From contig CM059432.1 of the NCBI GenBank assembly GCA_030390025.1, positions 3,472,001 through 3,536,000 of the forward strand: a stretch of DNA of 64,000 nt, in the 5' to 3' direction. This document shows positions 12,186-22,654 of the stretch, piece after piece. Numbering within the stretch: position 1 is the stretch's first letter; each line of letters starts with the position of its first letter. This DNA comes from Squalus acanthias (lineage: Eukaryota). A program made the position numbers and the translations under genes. The notes beneath the pieces are model-generated. The model searched no databases, was not told the DNA's origin, and saw only the letters and a list, made by a program, of their open reading frames with translations.

Positions 12186-12759
12186 GAGCCCGGAATTCCC
12201 TCAGCGCTCCACCGTAATTTTATTGGAAGTGCGGGGGGGGGGGGGGGGGGGGGGGGGGAGAAACCGAGCAAATTCTGGGCCTGCCTGGCTTTTTTATCTG
12301 CTCCAACGCCCTTCCCAGGACTAGAAACCGATGAGTCTGCTATCACTCCGGTGTCCTTTTGCTAATTACATTCCTTTCATTGTATACACAATGGCACAGA
12401 CTAATCTGCCACATTTTACACTGAGCAGTGTTAAATCACATTTGTGTGTCCGATTGTATAACCGATCTAAATTCTTTCATAAATCTTTTTCTTCACTCTC
12501 TTTACCGCTGTCCCTTATTTAAACGTCTTCAGCAATTTTGACAATTGGTTTAGCTGCCCAGGTCATTAAGTTTTGATTGGACTGCAGTTTTGGAAGGCTG
12601 CACGAGCTCATTAATGACCGCCGCAAAGTTTTAACGAGCAAAATTGGCGTTTCCACTCAATTTTCACAGAAGATTTTTTTAATCCTTTGCAGAACGGTGG
12701 GAATCCTCAGACCAGCACGAAAGAAGTCCATTCCTTGCTACAACAACAACTTGCATTTA

Positions 12760-13165
12760 TATAGCTCCTTGTTTTCAAATCCCTCCATGGCCCTCGCTCC
12801 CCCCCTCCCTATCTCTGTAATCTCCTCCAGCCCCACAACCCCCCCGCCCCCCCCCGAGATCTCTGCGCTCCTCTAATTCTGGCCTCTTGAGCATCGCTGA
12901 TTATAATCGCTCCACCTTTGTTGTCGGTGCCTTCAGCTGCCTGGGCCCCGAGCTCTGCAATTCCCTCCCTAAACCTCTCCGCCTCTCTCTCCTCCTTTAA
13001 GACACTCCTTAAAACCTACCTCTTCGACCAAGCTTTTGGTCACCTGCCCTAGTTTATCCTTATGTGGATCGGTGTCAAATTTCTTGTCTTAAAATACTCC
13101 TGTGCAGCGCCTTGGGACATTTTACTATGTTAAAGGCGCTGTATAAATACAAGTTATTGTTGTTA
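12760..13165 (+). mobile_element. L2 LINE 3' fragment
   Basis: AFSCLGP...FKTLLKTYLFDQAF coding end; tail AAAGGCGCTGTATAAATACAAG(TTG)n. Confidence 0.8.
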
Positions 13166-13254
13166 ATGTAGCAAGACAGCCCAAGGTGCTTCACAGAAGT
13201 GCCATCAGACAAAATACTACCGTCTTTATTCTGCTTTCCATTCAGGTCTACTTT

Positions 13255-13540
13255 TCTTTGCTAAAAGAACCAGAGGGGGGAGATGAGGAGAATTTTTATT
13301 TTTACGCAGCGAGTTGCTGTGATCTGGAACGCGCTGCCTGAAAGGGCGGTGGAGGCAGATTCAATAATAACTTTCAAAAGGGGGAATTGGATAAATATAT
13401 GAAGGGGAGAAATTTGCAGGGGCTGTGGGGAAAGGGCAGGGGGGAGAGTGGGACCAATCAGAGAGCTCTTTCAAAGAGCCGACACAGGCACGACGGGCCG
13501 AACGGCCTCCTCCTGCGCTGTGCGATCCTCTGAAACTATG
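13255..13540 (+). mobile_element. CR1 3' fragment
   Basis: FTQRVAVIWNALPERAVEADS-like motif plus 3' UTR. Confidence 0.75.
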
Positions 13541-14027
13541 AAATTAGTGAAGACAAAAATGTTATGATGTCCGTGCAGTCTGGAAACCAGTAAATACCGT
13601 ATTCATATTTAACTGCGGCACTCCAAAGATAAATTCCATGACAAAAAAAAAACACAACGTAAATATTTTTGAGGGCAAGCTCAGCAGTTGGCGAAGACTG
13701 CTTACTGAGAGAGGATTGTTTTCAAGAAAAATAGCCGGGAAGGGAATCTGTAAATATGTATTATACATGGGACTATTATAATCACAGCCCCCATAACATT
13801 TCTGGAGTATTGTTCAGTTCCTCTGTGGGAGGCTGCTTTCATTGGAAGGAAACCATTGCCAGGCGGAGAAATTTTGCTTTCATTAAAAATGGGAGAAATG
13901 CCCGTTTTCCTCCAAAGTTCTCCAAAGCTCCGAATGAAATTGCGGGAGTTGTGTGATATTTCTGAGAATGTGATTTTGTCACTGGCCAAACAGCAGCTAT
14001 CGCAATGGAATTACAACCATCATCATT

Positions 14028-16212
14028 TTTTTCCATTCGTTCCTGGGATGTGGGCGTCGCTGGCAAGGCCAGCATTTATTTCCCATCCCCTAATCGCCCT
14101 TGAGAAGGTGGTGGTGAGCCGCCTTCTTGAACCGCTGCAGTCCGTGTGGTGAAGGTGCTCCCACAGTGCTGTTAGGGAGGGAGTTCCAGGATTTTGACCC
14201 AGCGACGATGAAGGAACGGCCGATATATTTCCAAGTCAGGATGGTGTGCGACTTGGAGGGGAACTTGGAGGTGGTGGTGTTCCCATGCACCTGCTGCCCT
14301 TGTCCTTCTAGGTGGTAGTGGTCGCGGGTTTGGGAGGTGCTGCCGAAGAAGCCTTGGCGAGTTGCTGCAGTGCATCTTGTAGATGGTACACACTGCAGCC
14401 ACGGTATGCCAGTGGTGGAGGGAGTGAATGTTTAAGGTAGTGGATGGGGTGCCAATCAAGCGGGCTGCTTTGTCCTGGATGGTGTCGAGCTTCTTGAGTG
14501 TTGTTGGAGCTGTACTTCTTCTTTCGTATGGTAGTAGCAAAGCATATCAAATGTCAATATCTAAGTTGGATATCCAGGCCAAAGCTTCCAGTGTAACAGC
14601 GTGGATATCTTGTAGGTTGCCTGTGAATTTCCTCTGAGGGCAGTGCTCAATGATGTGCTCCAGGGTCTGATTAGGAGCTCCACAGTCGCATGATGGGGGT
14701 GCTTCAATCTTCCATCTATGGAGAAGGTGGCAGCATCGACCATGACCTGTTCTGAGGCGGTTGATGGTTGTCCGCTGTTTGTGAGGAAGGTTTGATCCTT
14801 CAGGTTGTACTGTGGGGTCCTCTACAAGGAATCCATTCTGTATGCTGCAGTTCTTCCAAGCATTTTGCCATCTGTCATCAAGGCTGAGGGGAGATCGCTG
14901 AAGGGCTTCGCCGACAGTCCAGAAATGGCCTCCTAGATTTGAGACGGGTTGGTGGTAGGTTGTTCAAGTCGGCCTGGATTGTGTCTTTGCTGGTGTAGCG
15001 GTTGTATTCTCTGGAGACTGCATATTCACGGCGTAGGTGTGGTGGTGCGATGTTTGCAAGCACGGGCAGCCAAGGTGTTGGTGTCGATAAAAGCGTACCG
15101 GTCATAATTCTCAATTTAGAATTCAGCTGGACATCAACGGATTTGACGTGCGGACTTGATATCTGCACTCATCCAGGCAAGTGGAGAGTATTCCATCACA
15201 TTCCTTACTTGTGCCTTGTAGATGGTGGAAAGGCTTTGGGGAGTCAGGAGGTGAGACACTCGCCGCAGAATACCTAGCCTCTGACCTGCTCTTGTTGCCA
15301 CAGTATTTATGTGGCTGGTCCAGTTAAGTTTCTGGTTAATGGTGACCCCCAGGATGTTGAAGATGGGGGATTCGGCAATGGTAATGCCGTTGAATGTCAA
15401 GGGGCGGTGGTGAGACTCTCTCTTGGAGATAGTCATTGCCTGACACTTGTGTGGTGTGAATGTTACTTGCCACTTATCAGCCCAAGCCTAGATGTTGTCC
15501 GGGTCTTACTGCATGCGGGCATGGACTGCTTCATTATCTGAGGAGTTGTGAATGGAACTGAACACTGTGCAATCATCAGCGAACATCTCCACGTCTGACC
15601 TTATGATGGAGGGAAGGTCATTGATGAAGCAGCTGAAGATGGTTGGGCCTAGGACACTGCCCTGAGGAACTCCTACAGCGATGTCCTGGGGCTGTGATGA
15701 TTGACCTTCAACCACCACAACCATCTTACTTTGTGCTAGGTATGACTCCAGCCAGTGGAGCGTTTTCCCCCTGATTCCCATTGACTTCAGTTTTACTAGG
15801 GCTCCTTGATGCCACACTCGGTCAAATGCTGCCTTGATGTCAAGGGCAGTCTCTCTCACCTCACCTCTGGAATTCAACTCTTTTGTCCATGTTTGAACCA
15901 AGGCTGTAATGAGGTCTGGAGCCGAGTGGTCCTGGCGGAACCCAAACTGGACATCTTTGAGCAGGTTATTGGTGAGTAAGTGCCGCTTGATAGTACTGTC
16001 GACAACACCTTCCATCACTTTGCTGATAATTGAGAGTAGACTGATGGGGCGGTAATTGACCGGATTGGATTTGTCCTGCTTTTTGTGGATAGGACATATT
16101 TGGGCAGTTTTCCACATTTTCGGATAGATGCCAGTGTTGTAGCTGTACTGGAACAGCTTGGCTAGAGGCGCGGCTAGGTCTGGAGCACAATTCCTCAGCA
16201 CAACAGCTTCTG
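14028..16212 (-). mobile_element. CR1-group LINE family 2 (RT region to 3' end), interrupted by a Vingi-like element
   Basis: ORF 15506-16225: [41 protein letters not shown]; ends AAHHHLLKGD*. Confidence 0.9.
14517..15162 (-). mobile_element. Vingi/Ingi-clade LINE, 5'-truncated
   Basis: VDVQLNSKLRIMTGTLLSTPTPWLPVLANIAPPHLRRE; C-terminal CDCGAPNQTLEHIIEHC zinc knuckle; tail CATACGAAAGAAGA; TSD CTGTACT/CTGCACT (14510-14516, 15163-15169). Confidence 0.75.
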
Positions 16213-16864
16213 AAACAGTTTGCAAGCTGCATAACCACTGTAACTATTGAGAAATATGTTAGTTGCCCCTATGTGTTGTTCTCGGAGAGTTGTAGGGCTG
16301 GAGGAGGTTACAGAGATAGGGAGGGGCGAGACCATGGAGGGATTTGAACACAAGGCTGAGAATTATAAATGAGTCTGAGGTTACCAACCCTTGTCAGGCA
16401 ATTTTGTTGAACAGGGTTCTTTGTTGCTGAGAGTCGGCCATTGTCACCAAACAGATTGCACAACGCATAGGGGGAGCTAACACATTCCGCAGTGAAGACT
16501 ACCCTTCAAAAGTACTTCATTGGCTGTGATCTTGTGCGTCCTGAGGTCTTGTAAAGCGCAAGGCTAGGAGAGGAAAAATCAGCCAATGTTTCTGCTCCTT
16601 ATTGCTGCTCAAGGTGGCCATTTACAAAGCAATTACAGCACAGAAATAGGCCATTCGACCCAACAGAGCCATGCTGGTGGATGGCAGCTTCAGCTGTGAT
16701 GCTCCTGAGGTTAAATAGCCCGGCAATACTCACTGCCAGGACTTGCCAATGCAGACTGGCCACTTAGGGAAGGTCCACCGCCCATCTGTAAACCACAGGT
16801 TCAACACTTTCACAAGAAGAGGGAAAGGGTGAGAGTTATGGAGGCCCTTGCCTTCACATTTCAG

Positions 16865-17333
16865 CGTGTCAGCCGTGGCTCAGTGGGCAGCACCCTCGCC
16901 TCTGAGTCAGAAGGTTGTGGGTTCAAGTCCCACTCCAGAGACTCGAGCACCTAAATCTAGGCTGACACTCCCAGTGCGGTGCTGAGGGAGTGCTGTACTG
17001 TCGGAGGCGCCGTCTTTCGGATGAGGCGTTAAACCGAGGCCCCGTCTGCTCTACCAGGTGGACGTAAAAGATCCCATGGCACTATTTCGAAGAAGGGCTG
17101 GGGAGTTCTCCCCGGTGTCCTGGGGCCAATATTTATCCCTCAATCAGCATCACAAAAACAGATGATCTGGTCATTATCACATTGCTGTTTGTGGGAGCTT
17201 TCTGTGTATAAATTGGCTCCCGCATTTCCCACATTACAACAGTGACTACACTTCAAAAAGTGCGTCATTGGTTGTAACGCGCTTTGGGACGTCCGGAGGT
17301 TGTGAAAGGCGCTATAGAAATGCAAGTCTTTCT
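16865..17333 (+). mobile_element. Full-length SacSINE1-like tRNA-derived Deu-domain SINE
   Basis: A box TGGCTCAGTGG, B box GGTTCAAGTCC, Deu motif, L2-like tail. Confidence 0.85.
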
Positions 17334-17789
17334 ATTCCCGACCAGGCGCGAGCTGTCTGGATCTAGTGGTGGCTTCGTGCTATTTTAAAACTTCGACGTG
17401 CACACTTGCTCCAGCTTCCGTGAGGTGTGGGGTCCTCAGATGTCCATTTTCTGACGCTCACTGCCAGCAGGAGCGATGTTAGACTTGCCTGAAAGTCTTC
17501 TTGAAAGTCAAGTGGCTAATTTGCCGTGTTGTTGAGGTAATTAATCTGCATGATTTTCGTTTGGATTTGATTGGACGGCAGCCCATTTTACACTATATTG
17601 AAAGCAGAAAATTCATCACGGGCACTTTTGTGGTAAAAGGCTGGATTTACTGCACATTTCCCACATAAATTCTAATGGCAATCAAGAAGCCACAGAATGT
17701 CATTTACTTATAGTAATTCCAGGTCCAGTTTTGTTTGCCAATTCTCATATTCACCCACCCGTTAGAGCTTAAACTTTTTGTGAGCTTAG

Positions 17790-18210
17790 ACTCATAGAAT
17801 CATAGAATGATACAGCACAGAAGGAGGCCATTCGGCCCATCGTGCCTGTGCCGGCTCTTTGGCCGAGCTCTCCAATTAGTCCCACTCTCCCTGCTCTTTC
17901 CCCACAGTCCTGCAAATTTTTCCATTTCCAGTATTTACCCAATTCCCTTTTGAAAGTCACTATTGAATCTGCTTCCACCGCCCTTTCAGGCAGCGCGTTC
18001 CAGATCACAACAACTCGCTGCGTAAATGTTTTTTTCCCCTCATCTCGCCTCTGGTTCTTTTGCCAATGACCTTAAATCTGTGTCCTCTGGTTACCGACCC
18101 TCCTGCCACTGGAAACAGTTTCTCCTTATTTACTCCATCAAAACCCTTCATGATTTTAGTACGCCTCTGGCAAATCTCCCCTTAACCTTCTCTGCTCCAA
18201 GGAGAACAAT
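17790..18210 (-). mobile_element. CR1 3' fragment
   Basis: ORF 17769-18008 IWNALPERAVEADSIVTFKRELGKY. Confidence 0.8.
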
Positions 18211-18342
18211 CCCTTATCTACTGCCTTACCTATTTGCGTTCCTTATATAAATAGGAACATAGGAACAGGAGGGGGCCATTCAGCGCCTCGAGCCTGTTCC
18301 GCCATTCAATGAGATCATGGCTGATCTGTGACCTAACTCCAT

Positions 18343-19236
18343 GGGGGAGAAATTCAGTATCGCCCCATTTGGGGCGCAATTATCGGCCGGGCGCAAAGAT
18401 TAGCGCCTGGCGCAAATTATCGCCACCGACTGCAAACTTGACTTTTATCGCCCCTGGAGGTGATTGGAGCGCTAAATCAGGCACTTCACAACTGCCTTAA
18501 GGTGCAAAGGCCGAGGAGCGAGGCGCTACCTCAGAGCGCTGGCGAAGCTCATGCGATCCCAGTCAGCAATGGAACACAGACACAATGGCACCGGCCAGTT
18601 CTTAAAGGGGATGGTTAATCTTGCTTTCCATCCACATCCTGCTCATTGCAGCCTTGAATCTCGGCCTGGAGAGACCTGCACATCAAATCTGCTGGAAAGA
18701 ACAATGGAGAGTACCAGGCAAAGAGCTCAGAGTGATGCCCCCACAGTCTCTGCTAAATCGATACAAGGAAGGGCAAATCAAAATGAACCTGCAAAGTGCT
18801 GCTCAGTACCCAAAACTCCGTCACACAACGTTGAATCTCTCCAGAAGTCACTCTCTCTCTCTCTCAGAATGCATAGTTCAAAAATGGCACCAACAATAAA
18901 AGGCAGGAAGCGGTCACCTTTAAATAGCGCTCCCCCTTTCCCTTCATGACTGCAGAACGCTCCCCTCAACCTGTCGTTGCTAGCGTCAGGCGGTAAGGCA
19001 GGGGGGCGCCACTCAATATCCGCTCCGGGGCGATACCAGGGCGTTGCGCACTCGACTGACGTCACGATCTGCCGGCGCAGGAGATCGTGGCGGTAGTGTT
19101 TAGCGCCGCCGCAAAATGTCTAGTTAATTTCGCGAGCGGCGCAAACTTCGCCATGCCTGGGCGCTAGATGCTTTGCGCCCCATTAGCGCCCTCTTAAGGT
19201 GCTAACGGGAGGCGCAACCAACTGAATTTTTCCCCC
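18343..19236. mobile_element. PIF/Harbinger-type MITE (same family as 4787-5600, opposite orientation)
   Basis: TIRs GGGGGAGAAATTCAGT / ACTGAATTTTTCCCCC; CAT on both flanks. Confidence 0.9.
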
Positions 19237-19347
19237 CATATCCCTTAATACATTTGGTTCACAAAAATATATTAGTCTCAGATTTAAAATTAACAAAAGT
19301 GAGAAGTCGCACAACACCAGGTTATAGTCCAACAGCTTTATTTGAAA

Positions 19348-19385
19348 TCACAAGCTTTCGGAGCTGCTGCCCCTTCGTCAGGAGG
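19348..19385 (-). ncRNA. Hammerhead ribozyme motif, inverted copy with weakened stem I
   Basis: Minus strand CCUC-CUGACGA-A-GGGGC-AGCA-GCUCC-GAAA-GC-UU-GUGA. Confidence 0.55.
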
Positions 19386-19393
19386 TACACACT

Positions 19394-19431
19394 TCACCTG
19401 ACGAAGGAGCAGCAGCTCCGAAAGCTTGTGA
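19394..19431 (+). ncRNA. Minimal type I hammerhead ribozyme motif
   Basis: UCAC-CUGACGA-A-GGAGC-AGCA-GCUCC-GAAA-GC-UU-GUGA: stem I UCAC/GUGA, stem II GGAGC/GCUCC, palindromic AAGCUU. Confidence 0.75.
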
Positions 19432-19687
19432 TTTCAAATAAAACTGTTGGACTATAACCTGGTGTTGTGCGACTTCTCACTTTTGTCCACCCCAGTCCAA
19501 CACCGGCATCTCCACATCATTAAAATTAACAATTGGCCTAGCTTCAGTTGCCGTCTGCGGAAGAGAGTTCCAAACTTCTACCACTGTTTGGGCTGAATTC
19601 TGCCGGTGCTCAGAGGTTGGGCTCAGAGGCAGGTCCGCTGTCAAAATCCAAATGATTGACAGTGGGGCGGTATCCCGCTCAACAACT

Positions 19688-20474
19688 CCTACTGTCAACA
19701 AGGGCAGACGTCGATGACGAAGTCCAACACCAGCCTTCAGTGTGCCAGTGCAGCCTTCAGTCGCCTGAGGAAGAGAGTGTTTGAAGACCAGGACCTCAAA
19801 CCCAGCACCAAGCTCATGGTCTACAGAGCAGTAGTGATACCCCCCCTGCTGTATGCCTCAGAGACATGGGCCATGTACAGCAGGCACCTCGAAGCACTGG
19901 AGAGGTACCACCAACGCTGCCTCCGCAAGATCCTGCAAATCCATTGGCAGGATAGGCGCACCAACGTCAGTGTTCTCGCTCAGGCCAACATCCCTAGCAT
20001 TGAAGCTTTGACCACGCTCGATCAGCTCCGATGGACGGGCCACATCGTCCGCATGCCCGATACGAGACTCCCAAAACAAGCGCTCTACTTGGAGCTCCGA
20101 CACGGCAAGAGAGCCCCAGGTGGGCAGAGGAAATGCTTCAAGGACACCCTCAAAGCCTCCTTGAAAAAGTGCAACATCCCCACCGACACCTGGGAATCCC
20201 TGGCCCAAGACCGCACAAAGTGGAGGAGAAGCATCCGGGAAGGCGCCGAACACCTCGAGTCTCTTCGCCGGGAGCAAGCGGAAGCCAAGCGCAAACAGCG
20301 GAAGGAGTGCACGTCAACCCAAGCACCCCACCCACCCGCCCCTTCAACCACCGTCTGCCCCACCTGTGACAGAGACTGTAAGTCCCGCATTGGACTCATC
20401 AGTCACCTGAGAACTCATTTTTAATGTGGAAGCAAGTCATCCTCGGTTCCGAGGGACTGCCTAAGAAGAAGAAG
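19688..20474 (+). mobile_element. RTE-clade LINE 3' fragment
   Basis: ORF 19714-20424 (LLYASETW, QLRWTGHIVRMPDTRLPK, C-terminal CxxC...HxxxH); (AAG)n tail; TSD ATCCCGCTC/ATCCTGCTC. Confidence 0.9.
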
Positions 20475-21639
20475 ATCCTGCTCTAAACCCGCCTCTTTGT
20501 GAGTTTCCCTCGGACCGGCTCTGCCCGTGCGTTGCAGACCCGGCACTAAGTGGCGGGTCAGGCAGTTCTGATAGTTAGCAGAGTGTTTAAAGCAATTTAA
20601 TTACCATTTTACCAGGTACAAAGCATTTTCCCAAGTTTTCCACGAGGTTCCCGTCGCTTGGGGATCAGGCCAGGTCAGTGTGTCGGGTTCTGAACAACTC
20701 TCCAATTCTTTCAATAGGTGACAGCTGCAAAAGTGGTTTAAAACCTGCCATTTTACAGCTGCTCACTTTCCAATCTCAGCCTGCAGTATTTGGAACCCAC
20801 TTTTGAGCTTTATGCACTTTTGAAGTGTTTGGAGTAATCTCCCTATCCGCTGTCACCTCCTTGGAACAACCTATCTCAACATTGACATCTCAACCTCACC
20901 TGCCATCTATTCCATCAGCATCGGTGCGCTTGAAAATATCTCACCTTGGTCCTCAGAATCCCAACACGATCAGCCCCAACACCAGCATCACCGGGCACAC
21001 CAGCAGCACCAACAACAACACCAACCTTCTCCGCAATCATCTGATGCTGCACAGGACAGAGGGCATCAGCACCCGACCACATTGCTGCCCGGGAGGCCAG
21101 GGTTGGCCTCACCATGTCCAGATTTGCTTCACTTAACGCTGCACACCCTAGCTGCCACATGATGCGCCAGGTTGGCACCACCCCACACCATCATCATAAA
21201 GCATCCCTACAATGCCCAAGCCATTCCTTTCACACTCATCATCATTGTGGGGGGTGGGGGGGACGTTATGTCTCACCATTCACTGGAACTCACTAAGACA
21301 CTTCCAAAGGTGCACACAAATCTGTCCAAGAACGCATAGTGGTGAAAATAAGGATTTCAATGCTTGACAGCACATTAACAGAAAGTTTACACGAACATTG
21401 GCTGAAACACCCAAGTGTCTACCCTTGTGTGTTGTTAGTTGGTATGATTGCACGAGGATGAGGGTGAGTGTGAGGGGTGGCTAGTGAGATGGGGAAGTGA
21501 TAATGTAGATAGAGAGGGATGGGTGGAGGTGCAAGGTAAATTGGTGTGAGTAAGGATGTGCAGGAGTAGGGTAGGAAAGGCAGAGTGATGGGGATGTGAT
21601 GAGAGGCACAGCAGGATGAGGTTGAGTGTGGCTTTGTAC

Positions 21640-21870
21640 TAACGTTTCGTGATCTACTGAGATCATTGAAAGGTTTGCGCCACTGCAGCCTGGTCCTCCT
21701 GACGACATCCCTGCTTGTGCCCTCCTCTGCAATGTGCAACCAGGCTGTGTTGGTCTCCTGGGGAGGTCTCTTCCGCCCATTGGAAAGGAAGAGAACCTCC
21801 CTGCATGCTGTGACTCCCTCCATAAGCATATGAGGGAGTCATGGGAGAGCCTGGGTGCAGCCCTGAACCT
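21640..21870 (-). pseudogene. Harbinger Myb/SANT-like DNA-binding protein remnant
   Basis: Frameshifted RAAPRLSHDSL / LMEGVTACREVLFLSNGRKRPPQETNTAWLHIAEEGTSRDVVRRTRLQWRKPFNDL, matching the trihelix pattern. Confidence 0.75.
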
Positions 21871-22654
21871 CTGTGCAGTGATTGTCAGTGTTTGCAGCAC
21901 CTCAATGCTGCAGAACACTGACAGCTCAACTGTCAAAATGATTGTGGACATGGCCCCTTTAAGGAAACTGGTCGCTGACGCGTCATCAAATGACGTAATC
22001 AGACCCGCTTCCGATTAATTGGCCTGGAACCTCGCAGGGCGGAGCTTAACAAGCCCCAAGATCGTAAAATCTTGTTGGAGGCCGGGATCCAGACAGATGC
22101 GGGGTCCCCATACGCCATGGACATCGCCCACCCCCCGGACCCACCGAGTTTGGAAAAATCCACCCTTTGTGTGTAGAAGTGTTTCCTAACTTCACTCCTG
22201 AAAGGCCTGGCTCTAGCTTTTAGACTAAGTCCTCTAGTCCTAGACTCCCCAACCAGCAGAAATAGTTTCTCTCTATCAGTTGCCCTTAGTATCTTGAAAT
22301 AAAGTCAAATCAAAATGATTTTTAATAACGTTTCATGGTCAGAAAATTATTATTATTTGGTGTGAAACAATATTGCTGCGGGATATCTAGTTGAAGAAAA
22401 GTGTCCTGTCTTCCAAAGGCCTAAACATCCGTTGTGTAACAACTCGATCAAGCGAAACCATAATCACAGGAGGGGAGCTGAAGTGCTTCATAAAGCAAAA
22501 CTATGACAATTAGGATCTCTTAATGGTAGCGTCATTAGTTGATATGGAACTCTAATGGTGAAGGAAGATATTAATGATGTTGAATGAATCATTTGTTTTA
22601 TGTATGTGGTCTTTTGAATGTTAAAGTGGCCCAGCAGTTTAATATGTTAGTTAG

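Larger units (their letters stand above)
19293..19519. mobile_element. Short Penelope-like insertion (second family) with an inverted pLTR
   Basis: 90-bp inverted arms 19293-19382 / 19397-19486 plus a 33-bp unpaired tail; TTAAAATTAACAA duplicated at 19284-19296 and 19520-19532. Confidence 0.8.
19590..22165. mobile_element. Internally deleted PIF/Harbinger transposon with a nested RTE
   Basis: Degenerate TIRs GGGCTGAATTCT / AAAATCCACCC; TTT on both flanks; contains a Myb/SANT-like ORF remnant. Confidence 0.75.
18252..22280 (-). mobile_element. CR1 3' fragment hosting three independent insertions
   Basis: Host pieces 18252-18342, 19237-19296, 19520-19589 and 22166-22280 join into a CR1 tail like 59265-59435. 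Confidence 0.7.

Noticed and set aside
12233..12258. Poly-G tracts as functional G-quadruplexes (also about 11470, 24180, 40530)
   Set aside because: Homopolymer expansions within repeats; length may be an assembly artefact; no functional evidence
16565..16830. Possible ancient SINE remnant
   Set aside because: Only a vague resemblance; no second copy or promoter boxes in the window to support a call
16865..16940. tRNA gene
   Set aside because: The A and B boxes belong to the SINE head and continue into the SINE body; the same holds for all copies
18551..18949. ORFs inside the Harbinger MITEs as a transposase
   Set aside because: No DDE motifs, and frames differ from the sister copy at 4787-5600
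19714..20424. Host zinc-finger gene
   Set aside because: It is the RTE ORF C-terminus; four near-identical 3' ends with tails occur in the window
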